Shown piece after piece: positions 44,164-53,675 of a stretch of DNA of 64,000 nucleotides. Positions within the stretch are counted from its first letter, which is position 1. Every line of letters begins with the position of its first letter. The stretch comes from Candidatus Saccharimonadota bacterium (lineage in GTDB: Bacteria > Patescibacteriota > Saccharimonadia > Saccharimonadales > SZUA-47): positions 449,449-513,448 of the forward strand of contig CP065013.1 of the NCBI GenBank assembly GCA_016700315.1. Reading direction: 5' to 3'. The notes beneath the pieces were generated by a model. It had not been told where the DNA came from, made no database searches, and worked only from the letters and a program-made list of their open reading frames with translations. A program made the translations under genes and the position numbers.

Positions 44164-45435
44164 ATGAAGACCAAGTTAGTAATTTTTGGAATAACGGGTG
44201 ATCTGGCTAAACGTAAGTTGTTGCCAGCGTTGGAACAGATCGTGGAACGCAAAGTGTTTGATGATCTAGAGATTGTCGGGGTAAGTCGACGTAATGTTAG
44301 CGCTAGCGATGTGGTTGGGCATAAGCTACAAAGTGTCACATCAGTTTATTGCATGGACCTTGCCAATAAGGATGACTATGTAGGTTTGGCCGATTATCTC
44401 GGTAGTAGCGAAAACCAGCAGCTGGTATTCTATCTATCTGTGCCACCTTTGGCAACTGCTCAGATAACGGAGTTCCTGGGGCTGGCCAAAATTAACGGGA
44501 CTAATACTAAAATACTGTTTGAAAAACCCTTTGGTGTTGATTACAAATCTGCAAAAGACATGGTTGAACATGCCGCAAAATACTATAAAGAATCGCAAAT
44601 CTACCGCATCGATCATTACCTAGCAAAAGAAATGGCCCAGAATATCGTGGCATTCCGGAGTGGTAACGCTATGTTTCAGTACGTTTGGGAAAGCGGTGCG
44701 ATCGAACGGATAGAAGTTATAGCCGTGGAAAAGGTTGGGATAGAAGGTCGTGCCAAATTCTATGAGCAAGTAGGTGCTCTGCGTGATCTTGTGCAAGGCC
44801 ATTTGATGCAGCTACTTAGCCTGACTATTCTAACTCTTCCAAAAAGGCTAAATTGGGACGATCTACCCAAGTTAAGGCTGGAAGCACTAAAATCAATTAG
44901 CTCGGCTGACCCGTCGCTAGCAGTTCGAGGTCAGTATGATTCTTATCAGGAGGAAGTCAAGAATTTTGGCAGTCAAACTGAGACTTTTGTTAGCCTTGTG
45001 CTTAAGAGTCGCAACGTTCGCTGGAAAAACGTGCCGCTGCGTTTGACTACTGGCAAGGCCTTCGACAAAAAATCAACCGAGGTAAAGGTTTACTTCAGGT
45101 CAAATAGCGGCGAAGCCTGCAACTGTCTACGTTTTAAGATTCAGCCCGATGAAGGCTTAGAAATTGACCTAAACACTAAAAAGCCAGGCTACGAACTGGA
45201 GTTTGAAACCCAAAAAATGCTATTTAGTTATCCGGAAAACACTGTGCTGCCAGATGCCTACGAACAAGTCATAGTCGATGCCCTAAATTCACGCAAGAGC
45301 CTGTTTGCCAGTAGCGATGAGATTTTAGAAAGTTGGCGTATCCTGCAACCGCTATTGGATACTTGGTCGATGAGTAAGTCAGAGATAATGAAATACAAAA
45401 AGGGCAGCGACTATCACGCAGTCGTTCCAAAATGA
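44164..45435 (+). CDS. zwf: glucose-6-phosphate dehydrogenase
   Basis: IFGITGDLAKRKLLPAL, EKPFG, RIDHYLAKE. Confidence 0.85.
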   Translation: MKTKLVIFGITGDLAKRKLLPALEQIVERKVFDDLEIVGVSRRNVSASDVVGHKLQSVTSVYCMDLANKDDYVGLADYLGSSENQQLVFYLSVPPLATAQITEFLGLAKINGTNTKILFEKPFGVDYKSAKDMVEHAAKYYKESQIYRIDHYLAKEMAQNIVAFRSGNAMFQYVWESGAIERIEVIAVEKVGIEGRAKFYEQVGALRDLVQGHLMQLLSLTILTLPKRLNWDDLPKLRLEALKSISSADPSLAVRGQYDSYQEEVKNFGSQTETFVSLVLKSRNVRWKNVPLRLTTGKAFDKKSTEVKVYFRSNSGEACNCLRFKIQPDEGLEIDLNTKKPGYELEFETQKMLFSYPENTVLPDAYEQVIVDALNSRKSLFASSDEILESWRILQPLLDTWSMSKSEIMKYKKGSDYHAVVPK

Positions 45436-46130
45436 CACAATTTGAGGGTCACAAGTTAATCTCTGATCAAATTGATTCGATCGAACTAACTGTAATCGTA
45501 CGTGAGTTACGCCGTGTATTAGAAGCGCTAGTAGAGGGTGACGCTGTTGAGTTTGGTTGCTTCGTTGGTACTACTAGTTTGTTTCTCCAACGGTCTCTCG
45601 AAACCTTTCCAAGGACTATCCTTGGAAAGCCTAACGAAGAAATAGCTAGCCCAAAACCTTTCCAAGGACTATCCTTGGAAAACTTGGAAAAACCGGAGGA
45701 ACAAACTAAGCTTTTGTGGTTGTATGATAGCTTTGAGGGTTTGCCGGAAAAGTCCAAGCAAGACTCTAGCCCAGCTGGTCTTCAGTTTAAAACTGGTGAG
45801 CTATCTGCATCGAAAAAACAGCTAATCCTAAACTTCAAAAAAGCCGGTCTTCGCCTACCAAAAATTAAAAAAGCTTGGTTCTCCGAGTTGAGCCCTGACG
45901 ATCTACCTGATAAGATCTGCTTTGCTTTTTTGGACGGCGACTATTATGAATCTATAAAAGATAGTCTTAAATTGATCTGGCCAAAACTTTCCAAAGGCTC
46001 AGTAGTAATTGTGGACGACTACACAAACGAAGCGTTGCCCGGTGCTGCAACTGCTGTCAGTGAGTGGCTAGTAGCTCACAAAGCTAGCCTAAAAGTCGAA
46101 AGCAGCCTAGCAATTTTATCTAAAGAATAA
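45432..46130 (+). CDS. TylF/MycF-like class I SAM-dependent methyltransferase
   Basis: LWLYDSFEGLP, FAFLDGDYYES, VVIVDDY. Confidence 0.7.
   Translation: MTQFEGHKLISDQIDSIELTVIVRELRRVLEALVEGDAVEFGCFVGTTSLFLQRSLETFPRTILGKPNEEIASPKPFQGLSLENLEKPEEQTKLLWLYDSFEGLPEKSKQDSSPAGLQFKTGELSASKKQLILNFKKAGLRLPKIKKAWFSELSPDDLPDKICFAFLDGDYYESIKDSLKLIWPKLSKGSVVIVDDYTNEALPGAATAVSEWLVAHKASLKVESSLAILSKE
45601..45681. repeat. two 28-nt direct repeats, each containing a 9-bp-arm palindrome, inside the methyltransferase CDS
   Basis: AAACCTTTCCAAGGACTATCCTTGGAAA at 45601-45628 and 45654-45681 (period 53 nt, so read in two frames); arms TTTCCAAGG/CCTTGGAAA. Confidence 0.85.
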
Positions 46131-46409
46131 AAAATGTGGTTTTTTTGCATACGAAATGAATTTAATTTCTTTGCCAATCGGCTTGATTAAGTGGGTGTGC
46201 TGATGAGCAATCGATTTTGTTATGTCACCGGGTGATCGCCCATAGAAATTGTGCCCACTGGCCTCGTACTCGCTTAGTAATTTGAGAAATTTCGTCTGTT
46301 CAGAATGATTGAAATGACTTACAGAGTCCACGTGCCTAATCGGGATAATCATGATATGTTCTTTGATCTTTTTCATATCCCAAAAATCGTACAGGAACTT
46401 ATTGACCAT
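46116..46409 (-). CDS. HIT family hydrolase-like protein (N-terminus unresolved)
   Basis: HQHTHLI histidine triad and IMIIPIRHV. The HIT-like N-terminal segment NIDCILCED continues in frame upstream to 46547, with no ATG/GTG/TTG. Confidence 0.55.
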   Translation of the reverse strand: MVNKFLYDFWDMKKIKEHIMIIPIRHVDSVSHFNHSEQTKFLKLLSEYEASGHNFYGRSPGDITKSIAHQHTHLIKPIGKEIKFISYAKKPHFLFFR

Positions 46410-46528
46410 AATTTTGAAGAGTTTGGTTGTTCTTAGTATTTGGTTATTTACTGCATTATCTTCACAAAGAATACAGTCGATATTTTGGTATTTATCATTT
46501 GATTTTGTATTTAGAGTTAGTCGATCTC

Positions 46529-46936
46529 TTACGCAATCTGTCTCTCCTTAAAAAAACTGAGGGCCTCATTTGTCAGAGGCATAACAGATAGCCGCGATTC
46601 TCGGACAAGTTTAAAATCTTTGAGGCTTGGCTGAGCTTTTATTTCTTGTAAGGTCAGAGGTTTATCAAAATGTTTTAAGTACCTAAGCTCTACCGCCCAG
46701 CTAGGTCGCGGATCAGCCTTATTCTCAAAAGGCGTATCGGCTACTTCAGCTAGTCCAACCACGGCTTTTTGCTTACCTGAATGGTAAACGAATACTTTGT
46801 CGCCAGGCTTCATCTGCTTTATGAAACCAATAGCGGCGAAGTTGTGAACCCCGTCCCAAATTGTTGTACTGTCGCGCTCAAGATCGTCGATTGAGTAATC
46901 ATGATCAGGATCGGCCTTCACTAAAAAGTAATTCAT
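46529..46936 (-). CDS. EVE (PUA-like) domain protein
   Basis: MNYFLVKADPD...WDGVHNFAA...GDKVFVYHSG...VVGLAEV. Confidence 0.8.
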   Translation of the reverse strand: MNYFLVKADPDHDYSIDDLERDSTTIWDGVHNFAAIGFIKQMKPGDKVFVYHSGKQKAVVGLAEVADTPFENKADPRPSWAVELRYLKHFDKPLTLQEIKAQPSLKDFKLVRESRLSVMPLTNEALSFFKERQIA

Positions 46937-46954
46937 AAGTTATAGTATATCTTA

Positions 46955-47872
46955 GTGATAACAAATTATTTTAGCAATCGGGTAACTCCTTTAAGTGTCA
47001 TCGAAGATGCCAAAGCAGGGTGTCTAGTTTATATCGAAGATCCTTCAGAGGAAGAGCTTACATATTTAGAAGGGCAGGGGCTTGATATAGACTTGCTACG
47101 AGACGGCCTAGACCCAAACGAAGCTCCGCGTATTGAGGATTGGGACAAGCGTACATATATCTATAGCCGTTATGTCTTGCCGGCCACGGCCAAGCAGACC
47201 ACAACCCCAGTGCTAATAGTTTTCGGTGTTGATACGCTGTATGTAGTTACAAAACAACCTTTTGAAGGCTTAATAAAGCTTATTAACAGTGGGCAGATAA
47301 CCACAAGTAAACGTGCGCAAACACTTCTGCAAATCCTAAACATCATTCAACGCAGCTATAAATTGAGTATTTTGGCTATTGCCAAACGTATTTGGCAGAT
47401 TCGATCACAGCTCAACAAGTCGGAGATCAAAAATGAAGATTTCATTAGTTTTATTGACCTCGAAGAGGACCTCAACGACTTCCTTCTGGCGCTTGAGCCG
47501 ATGAATACGCTTCTAAACCACCTGCTTACAGGCAAATCGATTAGATTGTATGAAGATGACCGAGATCTTATGGAGGATCTTGAGCTCGGCAGTGAGGAGC
47601 TGATTAACCAGACTGATTCGCAACTCAAAACCATAAAAAACATTCGTGAAGCTTATAGTACAATTACCGCCAACAACCTCAATAAAGTTTTTAAACTAAT
47701 GACCAGCATTACGATTTTAATGGGTATTTTTACACTAATAACTGGTGTGTACAGTATGAACATCGCGCTGCCGGCGGCCCATAATCCTCAAGCTTTTTGG
47801 ATAATCTTTAGCCTTACTATGGGGCTTATCGGGCTAGCGACTTACTTTTTTAGAAAAAATAAATGGCTTTAG
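46955..47872 (+). CDS. CorA-like divalent cation transporter
   Basis: Two C-terminal TM helices with YSMNI (GMN-like) motif; GTG start. Confidence 0.7.
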   Translation: MITNYFSNRVTPLSVIEDAKAGCLVYIEDPSEEELTYLEGQGLDIDLLRDGLDPNEAPRIEDWDKRTYIYSRYVLPATAKQTTTPVLIVFGVDTLYVVTKQPFEGLIKLINSGQITTSKRAQTLLQILNIIQRSYKLSILAIAKRIWQIRSQLNKSEIKNEDFISFIDLEEDLNDFLLALEPMNTLLNHLLTGKSIRLYEDDRDLMEDLELGSEELINQTDSQLKTIKNIREAYSTITANNLNKVFKLMTSITILMGIFTLITGVYSMNIALPAAHNPQAFWIIFSLTMGLIGLATYFFRKNKWL

Positions 47873-47892
47873 CACTAAAGCGGGGATAAAAC

Positions 47893-48711
47893 ATGTTACT
47901 GATCTTGAAGGCTATTTTCCTAGGGGTGGTCGAAGGGTTAACTGAGTTTTTGCCAATAAGCAGCACGGGGCATTTGATTGTCGCTGAGCGAGTCATTGGC
48001 TTCAAAGATGCGGCTGAGCTTTTTACCGTCGTAGTGCAAATTGGAGCAATTGCAGCCGTAGTTTGGTATTATCGAGTCGATATACTTAGTAAAGTTACCG
48101 GATTATTCAAAAGGGAAGATAAAAGTATAAAGTTTTGGGTAAATCTGATAATTGCGACCATCCCTGCTGGCTTAATTGGGCTAGCTCTAGACAAGACTCT
48201 ACAAAAATATGCTGTGCCTCGAACTGTAGCTTGGGCTTTAATTTTGGGTGGTATGGCGCTTCTGGCAGTAGAGGTTTATCACCGTGCACCTCGTAGCCCG
48301 TCCGCCGCGAGGCTTGATGAGGTGACGCCAAAGCAAGCTCTTGGTGTTGGGTTTGCCCAAGTGATGGCGCTAATCCCGGGTGTTTCTCGATCGGGCGCCA
48401 CGATTGTCGGTGGCTTGCTAGCTGGACTTGATCGAGTAACTGCTACGGCTTTTTCGTTTTATTTGAGTATACCGATCATGGTTTTGGCTAGCGGTTACAA
48501 ACTAGCCAAACATCATAGTGAAATCTCTAGCTTGCCTGGCGGCGCGGCGGCGTTAGCAGCTGGTGTGATTTCGGCGTTTGTGACGGGATTATTTGCGGTA
48601 AGCTGGCTAATAAAGTATATCTCAAAGCACAATTTCAAAGGCTTCGCTTATTACCGTATCGCGTTCGGCTGTTTGATCTTGGCGCTTTTGGCTTTAGGCT
48701 ATCTAAACTAA
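47893..48711 (+). CDS. uppP: undecaprenyl-diphosphate phosphatase
   Basis: GVVEGLTEFLPISSTGHL and PGVSRSGATI motifs. Confidence 0.9.
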   Translation: MLLILKAIFLGVVEGLTEFLPISSTGHLIVAERVIGFKDAAELFTVVVQIGAIAAVVWYYRVDILSKVTGLFKREDKSIKFWVNLIIATIPAGLIGLALDKTLQKYAVPRTVAWALILGGMALLAVEVYHRAPRSPSAARLDEVTPKQALGVGFAQVMALIPGVSRSGATIVGGLLAGLDRVTATAFSFYLSIPIMVLASGYKLAKHHSEISSLPGGAAALAAGVISAFVTGLFAVSWLIKYISKHNFKGFAYYRIAFGCLILALLALGYLN

Positions 48712-48770
48712 CCCGCACAGCGCTAAGCGTTTATGCTATAATTTCAGCATAACGAAGAGGAAAACTAAAT

Positions 48771-49271
48771 ATGGCAAAAATGAAAAATCGAATGTTGATC
48801 GTAAAAACCCTGATTATGCTACTAATTGTCGGTGCTCTTGCCTATGGTGGCTGGCGGATTGTACAGCTGCGAAAAACTGCGGCTAAGCTTGGAGGGCAGC
48901 TGTCTAGTAAGAATGACGAGATTAGCCGGCTCAAAAATGATCTCATTACAGATCCCACCAACACTATAAATAAGATAAAAAATGAATCAACCGCTGGCTA
49001 CATCGAAGATATTGGCAAACTTTATACTCTGCCTAGCAATGAACAACCTAGCCTGACAGCTGTTGTGCAAGATGACGACAAGTCAAAGCCACCACTAGAT
49101 CAACCATTCTTTGTTGATGCCAAAAAGGGTGACTACCTAGTTGTCTACGAAAAATCAGGGCTTGCTATTCTTTATCGTCCAAGCGAAAAAAAGCTAGTCA
49201 AAGTTGGCTCACTAAACGTGCAAAATACTCAATCATCGCAGCCTACAACTCAAACTTCGCCAGCTCCGTAA
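48771..49271 (+). CDS. membrane-anchored hypothetical protein (paralog of 40384..40896)
   Basis: TM helix; KKGDYLVVYEKSGLAILYRP shared pattern. Confidence 0.5.
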   Translation: MAKMKNRMLIVKTLIMLLIVGALAYGGWRIVQLRKTAAKLGGQLSSKNDEISRLKNDLITDPTNTINKIKNESTAGYIEDIGKLYTLPSNEQPSLTAVVQDDDKSKPPLDQPFFVDAKKGDYLVVYEKSGLAILYRPSEKKLVKVGSLNVQNTQSSQPTTQTSPAP

Positions 49272-49286
49272 AACTACGGATAAAAA

Positions 49287-50309
49287 TCAAAACAGTTCGC
49301 CGTGCTTATCGTAGCGGTAAGCTTTACTGGGGTCGGCTTCGGCTAGCAAGCGGATGTGTTCTTCTCCAAAAAAGTTAGCTGATTCAACACTATTGAAACA
49401 GCGAAAATCTGATCCCATGAGTATGAAGGCCGGCTGCGTGTTGAGTTTTGCTACAACTGGGAGAGTCAGAGCTTCGGCAATCGCATCCCCGATGGTCGCA
49501 TTTATCCGCCCGACTGTCTCTGTCTTTTTATCGCCTGATTCTTTGGTCTGGTTGATAGCACCTGGCAGAGCTATCGCAGCTACCATCGGTGGTTTTTTGC
49601 GTATAGATCTTCGGCTTAAATCACCTTCTAGTTCGCTTAAAACATGGTTATTGTAATGCCGGATCCCTATCTTGTGTGCTTTTCTTAGTTCGCCTGTCGA
49701 TGCAGTGCCTGGGATAGTCAGATATTGGCGGTCAAAAATTTTTGATAATATAGCTCGTGCCGCAACTCTACCTTTCGTGTCGGGCGTTACGCCAATGCCT
49801 TCGAGTTTTTGAACTGCAAAATCTTTAAAGTCTCCTAAGTAATTTGTGTCTAGTTCCAAAAAGTCTAGCATTTTACTGCCAACAAAACCCGTGCGGAAAA
49901 TGTGACCTCTAGCTCTAAGTTGATTATTAATTGCAACCGCAGAAGCGGCAAAAGCCACTACGTCCTCACCATGATCAAAGCCCAAAACTACGTTTTGGCC
50001 GCTGTCTATTATTTCGCCCATATCTTCTAGGGCTTTGTTTGTTTCGTTTCTTTGGTTAAGTGCTTTAGAAACAGCACCGAAGGCTGGTCTAACGATACTG
50101 GCAATCATTGCTACATCGGCTAGCTTGTCAGTTGGGCTGCCTTTGGCAACTGCCGAAAACAAAGACTGATTCGGGTGCAGCGCGATATCTAGCTCTTGAG
50201 CCACCAAAAGCCCACCGGAAAGCCCGGCATGTTTGACAGCGCTACGGTGTAAGCCCGTTAGAACTGGTTCTTGGATTTCGTGAATTCTCTCTCTTATCTC
50301 GTCAAACAT
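49287..50309 (-). CDS. hypothetical protein
   Basis: 340-aa ORF with no competing frame; no family recognised. Confidence 0.45.
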   Translation of the reverse strand: MFDEIRERIHEIQEPVLTGLHRSAVKHAGLSGGLLVAQELDIALHPNQSLFSAVAKGSPTDKLADVAMIASIVRPAFGAVSKALNQRNETNKALEDMGEIIDSGQNVVLGFDHGEDVVAFAASAVAINNQLRARGHIFRTGFVGSKMLDFLELDTNYLGDFKDFAVQKLEGIGVTPDTKGRVAARAILSKIFDRQYLTIPGTASTGELRKAHKIGIRHYNNHVLSELEGDLSRRSIRKKPPMVAAIALPGAINQTKESGDKKTETVGRINATIGDAIAEALTLPVVAKLNTQPAFILMGSDFRCFNSVESANFFGEEHIRLLAEADPSKAYRYDKHGELF

Positions 50310-50394
50310 AGTGCATTAATCTTATCAGACAAAGTAAAAAACACAATATCTAGCGTGGGGCATTAGCGTTATACTACTAGTACTTAACAAAAAA

Positions 50395-50470
50395 GATAGC
50401 TGGAATCTCGTGTAATTCGAGAACTGTGCCGCAACGGTAAGCCCAAAAAAGGGACAAGTCCGATCTAGCA
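50395..50470 (+). promoter_or_regulatory. structured leader, candidate riboswitch aptamer with cobalamin-like core (uncertain)
   Basis: GGAA-TCTCG-TGTAATT-CGAGA-ACTGTGCCGCAACGGTAAGCCC-AAAAAA-GGGACAAGTCCGATCTAGC resembles the GGGAA..GGTG.AA..CC..GCTG..CCCGCAAC.GTAA...AAGYCMGGA consensus from memory. Confidence 0.35.
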
Positions 50471-50508
50471 ATAAAATCCCGAGCAGGAAATATTATGGCT
50501 TTTCGTGG

Positions 50509-50541
50509 CCCTCTTTCTTGCTTCAGGGAAAGAGGGTTTTT
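50509..50541 (+). terminator. intrinsic terminator in the leader
   Basis: CCCTCTTTC (50509-50517) / GAAAGAGGG (50528-50536) 9-bp stem followed by TTTTT. Confidence 0.75.
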
Positions 50542-50544
50542 CAA

Positions 50545-52158
50545 TTGGCAGCATCAGCAGGCTTTAATCCGGAAGTATACGAAGGTGAGCGATATTGTGG
50601 CTCTCTTGTGCTTGAAAGAAAGTGGGCAAGATTTCTTATTGCATTGACAGCTAAAAATAGTTTAGTTGATCACTCAGAATTTGCAGCTGCGCAAGAGGCC
50701 AGCTTTGATGATCATATTACTGCCATGGCAGAGAATATTGTCACTTCTGAGGAAGACAAGAGAAGAGACATAGAGTTTGTCTTTGGTGCTCCTAGGAAAA
50801 GGCAAGTGATTGACGCCAAGATTGTATCCAAAGATGGACAATTAATGGAAGACATTCTTACTAGAAGCTTAGAGCATTCACGTAGACTAGCCGAAAGCGA
50901 TCCAACTTATAGGCACCAATCTGATCGTGACGCGGGCGATAAAACACTGCTTGAAATTTTCCAAGGCCTTAAACCCGGGGAAACTGCAAATGCTACCAGC
51001 TTTGTACCAGAAGAGTGGTATGAGGAAACAGAGGGCACTCAACAAGATGGTTTGTGTGACTCGATTGGCTACAGGCAGGGCATGTCGGTTGTCCATATTG
51101 CCTGGCGAGAAGATGAAGATACGATGTTGGTGTGGCCATTTTCCATTAAGCAGTCTGACAAGCATGCGATGTCGCAGGTTTATGATGAAATGTTTGGCAT
51201 GCTCATACCGCCAGACACACACTCCGATTTTTGGATAAATCATGTGCATAAAGCCGAAATGTCTAAAGCTGAAGTCGAACAACTAGGCTGGAAGATTCTA
51301 AGAAGACACAGTGAAATTATAGGATCAGCAACAACTTTTATTCCAGTTGAAGGATTTTTGGACGAAAACATTGTAGAAATAAGGAATCTATTTGACGCGT
51401 ATATGCCGAGGATAGCTGAATCATTGGGGACTGGTAGTAACGACCCTTATATTAAGTCTTTTGCATCTGAGATATTAACTAAAGTAGCTGATAAGCTGAA
51501 AGACGATGTAAAGGATAGATTAAGTAAAATTGCGAGTAGCGATAAGTTTGAGGATGACGATGCTCGACTAATGAAAATAATGCTTCGTTACGCAACTCTC
51601 GAAAAGATCAGACCGAATCTTGCGGGGTATGTTGAAAGATTCATTGCAAGTCAGCAGCCGCCAGAGGAAACACCAATAGTCTACAAAGACTACTACTTCA
51701 TATCACCGCCAATAACTTTTAACCCTGCTGAGATGTATGCTATGAACCGAAGCCTAGCTGCAAGTATTGCTGTTGGCGTTAACGCCAACCGCTCGCCTGG
51801 TGGCTGTTCACCTATATCTCTGACCAAGCAAGATAGCGACCTAGTTTTTGGTTCTTCTCCTCTAAGAAATGATATTTTCAAAAGTATTGAAACAGATCTT
51901 TCAGGGGCCCAAGCTACTGAGCATGACTCTGCTGAAGGTGATGAGGACGGGCCGTATCAGTTTAAATGCCCTAAAGGCCACAATAATGACCGCAGACGTT
52001 CGGAAAGTGGTTGGGTTTACGTTTGTCAAGAACTCGGATGTAAGGAGGACGTAAGTTGCGGGAGGCAGGACCCCACTAAGCAGGTAAGAAAAAAAGCAGC
52101 CAGAGTAATTGCATTTTCTGCCGCCAAAGCCGGCAAGGGGGCGAAATGGGCGGCTTGA
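50545..52158 (+). CDS. large hypothetical protein with C-terminal zinc-ribbon-like Cys/His cluster (start uncertain)
   Basis: Long ORF. The listed start (TTG 50518) lies inside the terminator stem, so a downstream start is more likely (TTG 50545, GTG 50608 or later). C-terminus reads CPKGHNN...CQELGC; no family recognised. Confidence 0.55.
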   Translation: MAASAGFNPEVYEGERYCGSLVLERKWARFLIALTAKNSLVDHSEFAAAQEASFDDHITAMAENIVTSEEDKRRDIEFVFGAPRKRQVIDAKIVSKDGQLMEDILTRSLEHSRRLAESDPTYRHQSDRDAGDKTLLEIFQGLKPGETANATSFVPEEWYEETEGTQQDGLCDSIGYRQGMSVVHIAWREDEDTMLVWPFSIKQSDKHAMSQVYDEMFGMLIPPDTHSDFWINHVHKAEMSKAEVEQLGWKILRRHSEIIGSATTFIPVEGFLDENIVEIRNLFDAYMPRIAESLGTGSNDPYIKSFASEILTKVADKLKDDVKDRLSKIASSDKFEDDDARLMKIMLRYATLEKIRPNLAGYVERFIASQQPPEETPIVYKDYYFISPPITFNPAEMYAMNRSLAASIAVGVNANRSPGGCSPISLTKQDSDLVFGSSPLRNDIFKSIETDLSGAQATEHDSAEGDEDGPYQFKCPKGHNNDRRRSESGWVYVCQELGCKEDVSCGRQDPTKQVRKKAARVIAFSAAKAGKGAKWAA

Positions 52159-52343
52159 CGGAGAAGCAATACGAGGCGCAGAAAGCTAGTTGCGACGGCT
52201 TATGCGACATCACAGATCAGTTGGTTGAGAAACGTGATTACATGGCTTGCGTTAAGTGCCCGTTTTGTCATGAAGTTGTGACGGCTGAGCTTACGCCTAC
52301 CACAATCCATTGCCCAGCATGTAAAATAACAGTGAGGAGATAA
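52146..52343 (+). CDS. small zinc-ribbon protein
   Basis: CVKCPFC...HCPAC; 13-nt overlap with the upstream gene. Confidence 0.5.
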   Translation: MGGLTEKQYEAQKASCDGLCDITDQLVEKRDYMACVKCPFCHEVVTAELTPTTIHCPACKITVRR

Positions 52344-52478
52344 CATACCAACAGAGCGAAGCTAGCAGAAAATAAATAGGTAACAGATAGCAGACGATGA
52401 ATTGTACTTATCAAATCTGCAAAATGAAATCAGCAAAATTTCTGCTCAATGCTCAAGGTTGTCTGCTAAATTATACTT

Positions 52479-52637
52479 ATGAACAAAGAAGAGCAGGCAA
52501 TTTATGAAGAAGTTGTTGCCGAAAAACCACAAGAGCTGTTTTGTGAAGTTTGTGGGTACTACCCGATAAAACCAGTGCATGGTCATTTTGAGTGTCCTGC
52601 TTGCCGCTACAAAACCAAATGCTGCGAGGGCATTTAG
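52479..52637 (+). CDS. small zinc-ribbon protein (52 aa, not in the ORF track)
   Basis: Translated by hand: MNKEEQAIYEEVVAEKPQELFCEVCGYYPIKPVHGHFECPACRYKTKCCEGI; the stop lies 1 nt before the nadD ATG. Confidence 0.45.
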   Translation: MNKEEQAIYEEVVAEKPQELFCEVCGYYPIKPVHGHFECPACRYKTKCCEGI

Positions 52638-52638
52638 G

Positions 52639-53190
52639 ATGGTTGGAGTTTTTAGCGGCACTTTTGACCCCATTCACAATGGGCATCTGGAGTTAGCTAA
52701 GATGGCGTATGAGCAGGCTGGCCTAGTTAAAGTGGTACTGCTTCTCGATTCTACCCCTCGTCGTAAAAATAACGTTACGGATCTCAAGCACAGATTGGCG
52801 ATGTGCCAGTTAGTTGCAAATGAAAACAAATGGCTCGAAGTAATTAGTCTAAATGAGGCGGAATTCACCATTGCCCACACATTACCAGTATTGCAAAGAC
52901 GCTACGGCAAAAACCTTAGTTTCATAATGGGTAGCGATGTTTTTGAACACATCGCCGAGTGGCAGGGCATCAACACACTAGTAAATTATTGTAGTTTCAT
53001 AGTAGGTCTACGCAGCCACGAAGGGGCAATGGTTCAAAAAGTTGCAAAAAGTATAGGAGTCGAAGCCAAGATAATCAAGGGTCTTAGTCCAATCTCGTCA
53101 ACCCAGATACGTGTGGATCAGCAGATCCGTAGCAGAGACACCCCGCCAGCAGTCTCAAACTACATACTTCAAAACAACCTCTACCCCTAA
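52639..53190 (+). CDS. nadD: nicotinate-nucleotide adenylyltransferase
   Basis: MVGVFSGTFDPIHNGHLELA (GxFxPxHxGH) and SSTQIR motifs; ATG 52639 chosen over 52579. Confidence 0.85.
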   Translation: MVGVFSGTFDPIHNGHLELAKMAYEQAGLVKVVLLLDSTPRRKNNVTDLKHRLAMCQLVANENKWLEVISLNEAEFTIAHTLPVLQRRYGKNLSFIMGSDVFEHIAEWQGINTLVNYCSFIVGLRSHEGAMVQKVAKSIGVEAKIIKGLSPISSTQIRVDQQIRSRDTPPAVSNYILQNNLYP

Positions 53191-53225
53191 AGGTCTCCCA
53201 AACTTGCTAAATCCTCAAATCATTT

Positions 53226-53262
53226 AATAACAGGGTCTGACCCTGACATCTGTTATTTTTTG
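53226..53262 (+). terminator. rho-independent terminator after nadD
   Basis: AATAACAG / CTGTTATT outer stem with inner CAGGG-TCTGA-CCCTG, then a T-run. Confidence 0.65.
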
Positions 53263-53322
53263 CAATATAGAAAATTGTAATATCTACTTCTGGTATTTTC
53301 ATTTCGCATTTCTCCAATAATT

Positions 53323-53355
53323 AAAAAGACTTCGCTTTTTTCAGCGAAGCTTTTT
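53323..53355. terminator. bidirectional terminator-like hairpin
   Basis: AAAAA-GACTTCGC-TTTTTTCA-GCGAAGC-TTTTT. Confidence 0.45.
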
Positions 53356-53675
53356 AATTGGACTGTTCTAGCGGTAGTCTAGCTATCCTGTGCTTCGCCA
53401 TTATTGAAACACAGCCCGAGTAGACTGAGGAGGTTTTGGCGATGAACAAAAGTTTCATTAGAAGCTAATCTACACGCAATCAGAAAAGCTTGCCAACAAA
53501 ATAATACTTGTATATTGTCAAAAACTCTGTTAAACTTTCGTTTATGTCAGTACAACACATCTTAGCTTGCTTAGGTAACGACGACCAAAAAATTGGCGAC
53601 TATTTTCTGTTTTCATCTTTTATTCAGGCGGTTGCTCCTCGAACGTATTAAACGACTATAAATAAACTTAAAGAG

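Noticed and set aside
50518-50544. TTG 50518 as the start of the 546-aa ORF
   Set aside because: The codon lies within the loop and stem of a strong intrinsic terminator. A start downstream of the T-run is more plausible, though which codon is unresolved.
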